Shown: positions 27,362 through 39,509, counted from the first letter of the stretch. The stretch is DNA of 51,820 bases from Girardia tigrina (GCA_001938485.1 MQRK01201145.1:1-51820), one strand, 5' to 3'. Translations and numbers: made by a program. The notes: generated from the sequence alone by a model not told the origin.

Positions 27362-28920
27362 TTCGTATATATATGTTCATTTTTTACAAAGTTATAATAC
27401 TTTGAACATAAAATACGATGGACAAATTATTAAATACACAAAGACACGGTTACGCAATAAAGGTCGGAAAGCCAAATAATACACAAAACACATATATTTA
27501 AGGTACAAAACTTTACCTTAATGTTTGTAATATATTATATTACCTCCTTTAGCTTTAATTACTGCATCAATCCGTCGTGGCATGCTTTCAATAACGTTCT
27601 TTATTAAGTAAGGCCGACATCTTGAAGTCAAACCCGATTAAGTTCGGCGACCAGACCCTCTTTGGTAGTTATGGTTTGTCGTGATAGACGGTCTTTGACC
27701 AACGCCCACATATTTTCGATGGGATTCAAGTCAGGGGTGTTACCCGGCCAAGGCAACATCGGAACCTTTTGCGTTTCTAAATATGTCTTCACAATCTTAG
27801 CTGTATGGCAGGGTGCCCCATCCTGCATGAATATGAAATCTTTACTTCTTGGAAACCATTTCTTTATTTGAGGATTTGCTGAATTACGTATGACATCTAA
27901 ATATTTTTCCGAATTCATAATGCCATCACAGACGTGAAGTGAACTAAGGCCCTTGCAACTGATTATCTCCCACACCATTACCTTAGTTGGATGCTTAGTT
28001 CTTGGTCTGGTCGGGGTGGTGAACCTATAGTTTGCCAAATTCGAGGCCGATCTGCATAACGGCATTCGAAAGTGCTTTCGTCACTAAAACATACCTTGTT
28101 CCATTGATCTTGAGTCCATTCACGATGCAAAAGAGCAAAAGCTAAACGTTTTCGTTTCATTGTAGGAGTCAGCTTTGGTACTCGTCTTTCCTTAACTGAT
28201 TGACAACCCAATTGATTGAGAAGGCGGCACACGGTGCAAGTAGATACACAAACTCCATCAGAATTCCATTCATTTTGAAGTTGAGCTGCAGTTGCTAAAG
28301 GATTTCTTCTGAGGTTGCGGACCAGTATTATATCCTCACTTGTTGTAGAAGCCTTTTTGCGACCACTTTTTCCTACTCTTATAGCATCACTAGTCGAGTA
28401 TACAGGGTCATTCTTGCATTTTAATACTGCCATCACGCTAACATCGCATCTTCTAGCTATTTCTCGCATTGAAAGTTCAGTATTTTTCAACAAAACCAAT
28501 ATTGTCACCTTCTTTCTTTTATCCTAGGCCTAACCTAGGCCTAGCCAGGCATCATCAAAGTTGAAAGCATGCCACGACGGATTGATGCAGTAATTAAAGC
28601 TAAAGGAGGTAATATAATATATTACAAACATTAAGGTAAAGTTTTGTACCTTAAATATATGTGTTTTGTGTATTATTTGGCTTTTCCGACCTTTATTGTG
28701 TAACCGTGTCTTTGTGTATTTAATAATTTGTCCTTCATATTTTATGTTCAAAGTGTTATAACTTCTTAAAAAATGAACATATATATACGAAATTTTGCGA
28801 AAATATGTTCATGGTCATAAAGAATATTGTATAAAAATATCAGAAAGATATACATTTTAATAAAATATTTATAAAAGAAAAACATTAAAAATAGAGGTGT
28901 ATGTAATAATTTGTCTCCTA

Positions 28921-28923
<3 letters not shown>
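27362..28923 (-). mobile_element. Tc1 (DD34E) transposon with very long inverted arms; frameshifted transposase
   Basis: VCFSDES, FMQDGAPCH, PDLNPIENMW; inverted repeat 27362-27591 / 28561-28791; terminus CAGTAGGAGACAAA at 28923 next to (TA)n. Confidence 0.92.
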
Positions 28924-28971
<48 letters not shown>

Positions 28972-29021
28972 NNNNNNNNNNNNNNNNNNNNNNNNNNNNN
29001 NNNNNNNNNNNNNNNNNNNNN

Positions 29022-29065
<44 letters not shown>

Positions 29066-30494
29066 CTTATATAAATTTATTTTTAATAAGTAATAAATTA
29101 TACATAATATTTTATAAATCGTTAAAATTATAAACAAAAATTACCAAATAAATAATAAATAATAAACGTCAAGATAATTAAGTTAATATAATCAGAAGCA
29201 GTCTCAGCAAAAAGTAAATGATCAATTTTGTTGTTTTTTGGTTAATACAAATGAGTTTTGTTTTTAAATAATATATATAAATTATTGAGTGAATGCTAAG
29301 TTGAGATTTTTGAAAAATAATGTTATTAAAGTTTTTTTAAGAAATTTTTTTCCATCACCAGCAATTATAGTGTAACATATTATAATAATTATTGTGGTGC
29401 CGACAGCCGGACCGAGTGGCTGCGGCCAGCACCTGTTAGATGTACCAAGAATTGTCACAAAAATCAGTTTTATAAAGAGTTTTTTTAATATCGGTCGTTT
29501 GACCAAAACACCATAACTACGTTAAAAGATGTGAAATTATTTTAGTAAATATTCAAAATTAAAGGATTTTATTGGATATTAATTGCAAAATATTTTTATT
29601 TATATTAATTAACGATTTTAAGAATTGAGACAACCTTACTTTGCCCATTTTAAATATTAATTAGAGGTTTGAAGTGTCTTATAAACATTGATTCACAGAA
29701 ATGTGCCTCATAGTGTGAACCAAAGCCCTTCTATAAATCAGAAAACTCATCCGTTGAAATAGAAGAGATTCTATTTTCAAAATGTACCAAGGATTAAGAA
29801 CCTTACTTGGTCGACTTGATTTTCGACTTATCCAGTTTTTGAGATGAATTTTTGTTATAGTCTAACAATAATAAGTGGTCATAATAAACAGGTAATTTTT
29901 AATCGTGGTACCTAAAAAGGTAGGCAAAATACCCATTAGACATGTGGTCGGAATAGCTAGGTAAAATTCAATGGAGAAACTTCCAGTCCCAAAATTTGTG
30001 GTCTGAGAAGATAAGTGATGGGCAATATAAAAGAGTAGGGGCAATGGGCCGTTTGGTATGTGCCTCTAAATTTAAGGGGCCTCCCAAATATAGATATAAA
30101 CACTATTGAAAACTATACAAAACCATTGAAAAGTTTATATAAAACTTTGGTGTAAAATCTTCACAACTTTTTCACTCTAAAAACATTTTTGTAGGTTATG
30201 AATTTAAATAGTGTTTTAAACGTTATTATGATCCTAAATGGTTGAAGTACAAAAAATAACTGAACTTTAAAAAAATGTTATAATTTCAAAATAATATTGA
30301 AAAATTTGAGCTGTTAGAGAATCCCAATTTTTTCATATACATTTGCTTTTACATATATTTAATACACGATCAGCCAAAATTTTACAAAAACATCGTATTT
30401 ATATAAAAATTTTCAAATCTTAATAAAAAATCAAAATCAAAATCAAAAATCTCTAATCAAACATCGATAATAAAAGTAAAAAACTCAAATCGAA

Positions 30495-30625
30495 ATAAAA
30501 ATCGCAATTTAAATTGAAAAAATCGCAATTTAAAATGAAAAAATCTCAATTTAAAGTGAAAATTTATCGTTATAAAATGAAAAAATCGCAATGTAAATTA
30601 CAAAAGTCTCAATATAAAATGAAAA
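30495..30625. repeat. Degenerate ~21-22 bp minisatellite
   Basis: About six units resembling AAAAATCGCAATTTAAAATGA. Confidence 0.6.
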
Positions 30626-30700
30626 CCTTAAAAATACTTAAAATTAATAATTGTATTTATAGTATTTTTTAAAGTCTCTGTTCAATTCAATTTTAAATAT

Positions 30701-31222
30701 ACAGAGACTACTTTAGCACTACTTATTGTTTTACAAATATTCTTCTTAAAAGGATTTAGAGCGTTTAAGAAGAGTATTTGTAGAACAATAAGTAGTGCTA
30801 AAGTAGTCTCTGTCACATCCAAAGTTCAAAGTTTCCTCTCAAACAAATCGAAAACAGTTTGTGATTTNNNNNNNNNNNNNNNNNNNNNNNNNNNNNNNNN
30901 NNNNNNNNNNNNNNNNNCATTCAGAATGGGCAAAGTAAGGTTATTTCAATACTTAAAATTTTTAATTAAAATATTCTTTTTGCCATTATTACCCAATAAT
31001 ACTTTGATAAATAATAATAATTAATTTTTTCGTTACATTTAAAAGTAAATATATCTGTTAAAATTGTATTATTCAAGCAATTCAATATTCATATACTAAA
31101 TATCCGAATATTGCTGATGATGATGTATGTAAACATCGAAACATGTCCAATAATTATATAAAAAAGCTTTAATCAAATTATATTTTCGAAATACTAAACT
31201 TGCGTTCACAAGACTCAATATT
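30701..31222 (+). mobile_element. PLE family A, 5'-truncated copy with 5' inversion
   Basis: 30751-30867 matches the reverse complement of about 22100-22215; 30918-31222 matches the reverse complement of about 20192-20490; 30701-30750 is an inverted copy of 30764-30813. Confidence 0.82.
31109..31152 (+). ncRNA. Minimal type I hammerhead ribozyme (PLE family A), intact core
   Basis: Stem I UAUUG/CAAUA; CUGAUGA; extra U; stem II GAUGU-augu aa-ACAUC; GAAA; palindromic stem III ACAUGU; GUC cleavage triplet ending at 31147. Confidence 0.82.
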
Positions 31223-31244
31223 ATATATATATGTATATATGTAT

Positions 31245-31719
31245 TGTGAGGAATATTTGGTGTGTTGATGTTTTTGTGTAGTTTTTGCATGTTCAAATGT
31301 TGTATGTTGATTTGGGATTGTGCCTCTCCTAACCAGATGGATTATCAATATTTATTTTTTTATAATCTGAAACTAATTTATTTAAATTTANNNNNNNNNN
31401 NNNNNNNNNNNNNNNNNNNNNNNNNNNNNTTTTAAATAATTTTAATGATTTTATTTTTGTAAATTTTTAAATAATTAAAATCAAATTAATGTTTAAAAAT
31501 GACTATAAAAATATTTTATTTTAGCCAATCAAATTTAAATTAAATATTTTTTGATAAAATAATTTTCTCAAGTTAGTTCAGATTATAATGGGAGATATTG
31601 AAAATTGATTGATGGATTCTAGTGAAAGCAATACTATTGATCATCATAAAGATGATAAAAATTGTGGATGTAATAAATGTTCTGTCAAATGTGTGAGTTC
31701 TCTTAACATATATTACACA
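31245..31719 (+). repeat. TGTGAGGAAT-family solo-LTR-like copy
   Basis: TG start, family motif ctctcctaaccagatgga, AATAAA, ends ..ACACA. Confidence 0.5.
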
Positions 31720-32162
31720 TTGAAATCTAAGTACAATTTTATACAGTATTTACAAAAATATTAAGAAAGGTTATAAATTTTCATAATTATAAAATTATAA
31801 AAGACATTATTGTTTAAATCATTCGAATTTTAAGAAACATTAAAAATTTTCTTTAATAGTTTTTTTTAATTTACTAATTGAATAATAACAGAAAATAGTT
31901 TATTTTATTTATATTTCAGATAATTTCAGATGTTAAATTTGTTTCAATCCATTAAATAACTTAATTTATTTTCTAAAATTTTAAATTACAAATGCATATT
32001 TGTTTTAAAATATTAAAATTATAATTTCCATTTGAAATTTCAATAATTAAAATGATGAACTTTTTTCCGTTGTAATTAAATAATCATTTTTTTATTGAAA
32101 AATAATTTTTAATGTTTTTTTTAATTCAATTTACATTTTTTAATATTTGTTTGTTTTAACAG

Positions 32163-32210
32163 ATCCTCTACCACCAATCGATGAGACTTTGCATAACAGA
32201 TATTTAACAG
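32163..32210 (+). CDS. DDR: DDR-like gene, 48-nt extracellular juxtamembrane micro-exon (DPLPPIDETLHNRYLT)
   Basis: Pyrimidine-rich acceptor ttgttttaacag, donor g|gttata; open, phase 1/1, matching both neighbouring exons. Not in the ORF track. Confidence 0.65.
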
Positions 32211-33260
32211 GTTATATTACGTAGATTTAATTATTATTAAAATATTATATATTGCAAATTTTTATGGACACTTAATTTTCTTTTTGACATTTTAACTTTA
32301 AATTAATTTTTTGTGTAAACAATAAATTTTAGGTTTTGTCGTTGCTTTTCATTTATTAAAATGTTTGCTTGAAAATATTAAAGCAATTTAAAAAGTAAGT
32401 AATATTACAAATATTGCCTTAAAAAGATACTTAAAATACGAATAATTTGAAATGCTGCCCTTTTTTGGAATTACGGTTTTTATGCGCCGTGGTATACTTT
32501 CTATACTTTCTATACTTTAAACATCTATGAGGTTTAAAGTATGAGGCCACACTCTTTCAATGGCTTCTATTAGCTGTTGATTTGTTGTTTTGACTTGCTT
32601 AGCTACTACCCTTTTCTTGATTGCCCACGTGGTTTCAATGGTGCTCATATTTATATATTTTAAAAATGGTTTATATTAATAAAAAACAATTTATATTTTG
32701 AACAATCTTCATGATTATATGTATTTAAATTACACATATGCAATATTTGGTAAATATTTCGGTACTCTTCTTCCTTCCACTTTATTTCAATTAAAACGTA
32801 TAACAATAATTTTATTTTGCATTTTTTCCTTTAAATTCATTTTGTTCGCATTTACATTTAATAAGCCTTAACAATTTACAGAACACTAAGATTGTCGGAT
32901 ATGAAAAACTTCCAGTGTTCCGTGAATTCTTTCGTTGTTGATCTTTGAACTTTTAATTTGACCGACAACTTATTGAAGAAAGTTGAATAAAAATTAATTT
33001 TCACCTCCAAACGATATTTACATCTTCGTAATTTACTGACTTACTAAATAAAACAGCGAAAACTTTAAAAATATTCATAACGTATGTAAAAAGCGGTAAA
33101 TAAAATGAGGTTTTGGTTGAAGTTGATCTTCCAAAGAAATACACATATTTTATAAAAGTCTCGTCAAAATCAAACTCAGATTTTATCTTACATTTAGTTA
33201 ACATCTTATAATAATGTTATAATATATTACATTATTTCTATTTTTGTCTTATAATTTTTT

Positions 33261-33410
33261 AAGCCTCCCATCTCTTTCAAGAATGAGCAAGTATTGAGCA
33301 TATAGGCTCTTTAAATGGTCCACCCAAACCAAATAGGTCTATAAGCTCCCCGATAGGCCTCCTACGGGGACATCAGCCTTTCGCTTCCGCGCACGCTTTG
33401 GCAATCCAGT
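33261..33410 (-). mobile_element. 3' end fragment of the RTE-like LINE family
   Basis: agcctcccatctctttc..gtattgagc..aggctctttaaa.ggtccacccaaac matches 20691-20751. Confidence 0.7.
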
Positions 33411-34040
33411 CAGAAACGAACAAACCTGTTTGGTTTATAATATTTTAGTTTTTTCAAACCATGGAGTCTAAAAATAATTTTTCCTATGTGCATGTTTCAG
33501 AAACTGAATTTGACATGAAAATAAAAAAATTGAATATTTAATAATAAATATTTAATAATGAATAATTGATATAATAATTGTAGTCATAATCCTAATGCTT
33601 AAATCTTAATATCAAACCAATATAGTTTAATGTATTATAATAATGCATTAAAATTCAATAATTAAATATTAAATATATTTGTTTAAATAAACAGAATGTT
33701 ATAAAAATACACATTTTAAAAAAGCGTTATTTATCTTAACCTTATCAGATTATTTTTAATTATGGATCAAAGTGACTACAATAATGAATAAGACCCAGAT
33801 TTTATACTAAACGCAACTGTATCTTATATCTTCAAAAACTCTAAATGATGACTCATATATATTTATAACTTCTTTGTGACATTAATAACGTTTCACTCTC
33901 GTATACCCCTTTTCTTATTTTACCTAAATGTTTTTTATAAAACAAATTATATTAAAACATACATAAATACATATACATTCTGAAATTCATAATTTAATAC
34001 CTATTTATAATAATAAATTAATTATTTTTCGTAAATTAAG

Positions 34041-34288
34041 ATAAACCAATTTATTTGAAAACTCCAAATCAAATAAGTGAGAAAAGTATAAACTTCAACT
34101 TCAATGTCATGCCTTTGGCTCACACGTTGGGACTGATTTGTGGGATCCTCGGAATGATAATATTTTTGGGGTTCTGTTTGCTCCTTTATATGCATAACCG
34201 ACGGAAACGGAATTCCCCAACCAAAGAACGCGTTATCCAGTTGAAGTATCCAGATGATGAAAATCTTTTCCTGACAAATGAAAACCAG
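34041..34288 (+). CDS. DDR: DDR-like gene, transmembrane exon
   Basis: Acceptor aaattaag at 34040 (phase 1), donor cag|gtaggg at 34289 (phase 0). Encodes hydrophobic LGLICGILGMIIFLGFCLLLY followed by basic stop-transfer NRRKR. Confidence 0.82.
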
Positions 34289-34430
34289 GTAGGGCTAAAT
34301 AATTATTGTATAAAAATAATTTATTTTCAAAAAAACATTTTAGTATTATTTATTTGTTTTATTTTTCACTTTATTTTTCTTGAAAATTATCTCAATTGAA
34401 ATTTTTTTGTAAAATAAAACCAAAATAAAG

Positions 34431-35395
34431 CGTGTTGAAAATTGGATCAAATTGTACAGCTGGTCCCATACGGATTGGGCTGCTTTATATTATATTTGGA
34501 TTCATAGAAATCATGATCCAGATCAACAGGTGATCCTAATAAAAATTGTCTCATTTGATTTTAATGAATAAAACTAATTTTTTTTTCAAATATTGAATTT
34601 TACATTTTTTATATAGTATTTTATTTTTTTAATTTATTTAATCAAATGATATTTTAACATATAAATTATTAATCCAAAAATTATTTAAAAATTATAATTA
34701 TTTCCAATTTTCTAAATTGTAATTTTATTTTATTTAAAAAAAGATTTTGTTATTAAATTATTTAAACATTAAAAAAATATAAAATTTATTTGTAAAACTA
34801 ATTATTTATTTAATGCTTATTTATAAATATAAAAAATTATAATTTGATATTTTGTATATTATAAAAATTTGGAATAATTAATTGTTTAAAATTGTTTCTT
34901 TTTTACAATTTTTTAGAATGTTTCAATTGAATATAGTGTTTTTTTTAACGTTTTGTTGATAATTTTCATTTTTACACTGATTTTCTTACTTTGAGACTAG
35001 AATTATTTGACTAACATCAAAGACTGGCGGGATGGGGAAAGGGTGCTTGATCGGCACGAGCTTTTTGATAATTTGATTCTTTGAAACTCCATTAGTAATC
35101 CATCAGTATAACACAGACTCTTCTGCAATTAGACCGATTCCAGTTATAATCCTGGAAAATCGATTGATGCCTCCTGCTAATAAATGGTATTTCCATATAT
35201 TTGATAAAATATGGTTACCAGACATGCAGGCATCGAGATTCGATCTGTCAAATTATCATGAATTTTTACGGTAATTGCCATATAAAATCACTATTTAAAT
35301 TAAATAAATATCTCCTAATTTTAGGATAAAAGAAATCATTGGAATCCGTTGTAAAATACATAATCAACATTTTTATAATAGAAACATAAAGTTTA
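34431..35395 (+). pseudogene. Orphan three-exon gene fragment (34431-34529, 35001-35270, 35325-~35395)
   Basis: AG/GT-bounded, phase-compatible segments with coding-like composition; 54-nt intron 35271-35324; one frameshift near 35080; protein not recognised. Confidence 0.45.
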
Positions 35396-35490
35396 TATAT
35401 AAATTATTCAGATAATTAAAAAAATATAGGAAATTATTTTTCTTAAGAAAAACATGCCCTTTGAAAAAAAGATTTTTATTATACAAGGCA

Positions 35491-35780
35491 ATTAATTTCG
35501 ATGGTATAACCGTCGCCGTCAGGTCTCAAGAAAAATGAATTTAAAATCTGCTTATATAGGCAAGCAGTGATTATGTAATCAATGGATTGTTATGTCGTCT
35601 AAACACGCTCAATAGAGTTGTCGAGAGACCCGTTTCCACATTAATCTTATGATCTAAAGATCGGATATATAGTGCTTCGCAGGCCACCCTCTCCTGAAAG
35701 TTATTAAAAGGAGTACACAGATTATGTGTGTAAAAAATTCTATGTATTCGTTTTAATAAGTAGTAGGAGAAAATGTCCAA
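35491..35780 (-). mobile_element. PLE family B 3' end (GIY-YIG tail and hammerhead core)
   Basis: FNNFQERVACEALYIRSLDHKINV; 3' UTR carries CTGACGG c GACGG ttata CCATC GAAA ttaat. Confidence 0.75.
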
Positions 35781-36229
35781 TGAAGCACTTTTTTTAATGA
35801 AATCGTTATGAATTTTTGTTGGTGAATACTTTCTCCTTAAATTCTACCTAAAATGTTTAAAGAATTAGAAGTGGCTTGATGTAACATAGTATGTATGAGC
35901 TGAAACTATTTTACTTGACGACTTACATTATTAATCCTTTTTTAAATTAGGAAATTCTCATACAACTTTTTCATTAGAAGGTTTGTAATATGCAATATAT
36001 GTACTTTTACAATACTATCCTAATACATGTAGTTTTAATCATGGTTTAATACCTTAATAAGAATGGTTTAACCAAAACTTAAAAAATGAAGTAGAGTTTT
36101 CAATTAAAATCAATTAAATTTTCAATCTAATTTTTGCTTTAGATATAAACATTATCCCTTAAAAGTGGCACGACTTATGTAATCAACTCAAGTAAAAAAA
36201 ATCAAACCCGCACAAAAATTAAAAAGGTG

Positions 36230-36810
36230 GAAACTTATCTAATGGTGAAAAGTGTTCTGTTCAGACTATCTGAACCAGCATCCTTTCTATATACATTATC
36301 GGTAGAAAATTAGCTCGGAAACAACTTGGCGTACATCCGTTATAAAACGAATCAAAAATACATGTCCTCAGTTAATTTAGACAACATAATCCCTGATTAT
36401 TTATGATCACCTAAACAATCTATTCGTACTATCAAAATTGATAAGCAAAGGATTGGTATATTGGAAATCTCTATATATCCAAATACAGCTCCAAGGAATT
36501 ATTATTTATAGTTATGTGAACGCTACATGATTATGTGGTCTTTAAATTCAGATTGGATAACAAAAGAAAATATCAGCAATAAGATAGTAAAGGCATCAAA
36601 TTATTTATGTAAGAATATTCACGAATATAGTTGTAGTATAGGTGGAAGTAATATTGCAGAACACAAAAAGAATTGAAATTTTTACATCAATCTATACCGT
36701 ATTAATTTACACATAATGTACACTTGTTTTAATATTTATTGAAAGAGAGCTTTTTGTGAAGCATTATATATTAGTTTTTTTGATCCTTGAATTAATGAAC
36801 TTGAATTAAT
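36230..36810 (+). mobile_element. Highly degenerate PLE fragment
   Basis: Relic peptides RIFTNI/SNIAEHKKN and RAFCEALYISFFDP resemble the PLE endonuclease tail; boundaries approximate. Confidence 0.45.
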
Positions 36811-37569
36811 TGAAGTGTTGCTTGACAATCTCATTGAGTGTGTTTAGATGACATCATTTCTCATTGGTCACTCAAGTTCTGCTTATATATATTTAAATAA
36901 ATATAAAATTCATATCATTTTTTTGACGGTGACTATTATATTATCAAAATTAATTGTCGATAAAATTAAAAATTGGTTTTTAAAAGGCTTCTTTATGCTT
37001 ATATTATAAAACCTAAAAACTACGAATGTTTAGCTCGTTATCATCGTTTTCATCCTTCTTAGTTCCTGATAACCAGAAAAATGACTAATGGTTGAAGGCT
37101 TTCAAGATTTCACAAACTGATATACTTTATCTAAAAAAGATGATCTAAGAAAATAGCTCCAAATTTCACGTCCAAATATTTCGCGCCGATCATTACTTTT
37201 TTATTTTTATATAAAATTTATTTAAATAATACACATTAGTGATATGATTGTTAAATTATGAAAATAAATTTTTTTATTTTCATTTACAACGAATATTATT
37301 ATTTTAGAATTTGAATCTTTAGAATAAATTAAAAATTATTTAAATGATACAAATTGTTGAGAGACCAAAACACATTATCATACAATAAAAATGTACTTTT
37401 ATTCGTTATGATGCTGCTAGGCCTTTCATTTGTTCCACCTGTGCGTTTAAATACTACCTGTTGGCATGAGAGCGGGCGCAGCATGGCTGCGGGGTCCCGG
37501 GGCTGGGTAATCAGTGTTTTCGAGACGGAGAGGGGGAACATAACTCAATCTCACCGAATATTTCAAACG

Positions 37570-38029
37570 TGTGTTTTGGTTTTCCGAACGATGGCGATTT
37601 GCGACCGATATCTTTGACTCTCTACGTTTTAAATAACTTCTCGCACTCTCTTGTTATCTCGCGTACGCCGATATTCACGCTGATAATCGATTAGAATTTC
37701 ACTTTGCCTTTACATTGTGTGATCATTGGCTGATAAGATTGAGAGAGCTCTGTCTCGACCGTCTTTCTTGTCTTTAGAGTTGTCTGAGTGCAACTGATTC
37801 CACATTTTTTTCATTCACCTCACTCAACCGGTCAAGAATCCGCTCGATATATATCGACACTGTTTCAAAGAGATTTATCTTTCAACCTGGCGCTTGAATC
37901 AGCACTGTTTTTCATTTCTCTGTTTTCTCGCGATCCCAAACGACTGAAGGTGACTAATTTATCATCCGATGTGTTCTCTAGCGTCCTCGTAATTTGACTC
38001 AAATCATCTTCATCTTTTTCTCCGGCCAT
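37570..38029 (-). pseudogene. GOSR1: GOSR1/Gos28 Golgi SNARE pseudogene, N-terminal half
   Basis: MAGEKDEDDLSQITRTLENTSDDKLVTFSRL / LFETVSIYIERILDRLSEVNEKM / HTM*RQSEILIDYQREYRRTRDN align in order with the recalled GOSR1 motifs EDLRKQARQLENELDLKLVSFSKL, MFETMAIEIEQLLARLTGVNDKM, HTLQRHRDILQDYTHEFHKTKAN; frameshift and stops present. Confidence 0.8.
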
Positions 38030-38459
38030 TAAATTTATATTTGAAAAACGAGAAAAATCGTCGAGAAATTCAAAAAAAAATAATATGACAAAATTTTTAA
38101 TTCAAAGTACAATATTTCATATCAAATTCGCACCGAATAATTTACAACGATCGATTTAAACAAATTCCGAATTTCATAAATCTCATCAAAATTTTATTTA
38201 ATTCAGTTAGACAAACAAATTAAATTCGAATCACATTTAATCGAATTCTTTTTTATTAAATCTTTTTTTATTTAATTTCTTTTTATTATCTGAAATTTTC
38301 TTTTATTATTTTTTTATCAATTTAGAAAAATTTTACAGGATAAATGATGAGTTTTTAAAAAAATGAAATAATCAAATAGTAAAAATTTTACACTAAACAT
38401 GATTTGTAAATAAGACATTATTAAATCAATTACACACAAAGAAAGAACAAAATGGAGAA

Positions 38460-39509
38460 CGTTTTCCTGTTATTGAATTAATGTTATGTCTAAATTAGAT
38501 ATCACGAATATCGACAGATATTTTCTCTACAGTTCTTCGTTATTAACATATAATCTCTAAAGATTTAATTGAAACGTATCATAATCCGGAGATAATGGAC
38601 GATATTGTTCCAATAATTCTTTATTCTGATATTTTTGTAAGTTCCCCGCCGCATTTCGATCGGTTGATATTTACTTTTGCAATTTTAGATTGTATCCTCG
38701 ATAATTTGCAACAAGTGTTTCAATTGATCGGGAGAAAAGGTGGATAATTCGAAATTGACGCTGGTTAAATGTGTTAGGCGACAGATTCAATATTTTCGGG
38801 ATACACCGAATTATATTGGTCAAATGGATCAACCACAAATATTGAAATCGTAACGAAGGTTCGGCTCCTGACAAGCAAGTGTCTCCGACTGCCCCCCCCC
38901 CTTTCTCATTCAGAATCAAACACTACATTTCAAGAACTGAATGATGTTGCTGAGAATTTGTATGACTACTAGGATGACAGTTATACTAGTCACTAAAGAT
39001 GAAACCGCAGAGTTAGTCCGAGATTTAAGGTAATATTGTCAATCGTTCGAGATTGAGTTCAGTACAATCTACCACGAACAAACAATTCAGTGGAGGAATG
39101 GCACCATGCCTTTCAGATGTCTATTGGTGGTCAAGAGAACAAGAGTACACTGAGAGCATTCAAAGGTATAATGCAGGAGAACAAAGCAAAACAGCAAGCA
39201 AGGTAAAGCATGTTCAACTATACAGGTGTCTTGCAGATTTGTTGTCAACGTATAGTAACATGTCACTGATAGAATTTCTAGGTGGTATAGCTTTCAATTT
39301 TTATTTTGTTTTTTGTTTAAATAATATTTTATAACATTTATAATTGTTTTTATAAAAAAATAAAATATCTTGATTTTATCAGTTATTTGTTTATTTAGAT
39401 ATTTATTTTTAAAATATTTCATAGTTTACTAAATAATATCAAAAGCCAAAAATTGAATAATTATTAAATATTATCGCTATTTTGTCGTTCGCTCTTTTGT
39501 CGGGAGCCC
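38460..39509 (+). mobile_element. Mutator relic
   Basis: NLPRTNNSVEEWHHAF (catalytic E motif), IEFLGGIAFNF; right end cgctattttgtc..gagccc resembles that of 10093-11154; left boundary approximate. Confidence 0.65.

Noticed and set aside
30495-30625. Repeat arrays here and at 4920-5055 as CRISPR-like arrays
   Set aside because: Tandem degenerate units without unique spacers, in a eukaryotic context with no cas genes.
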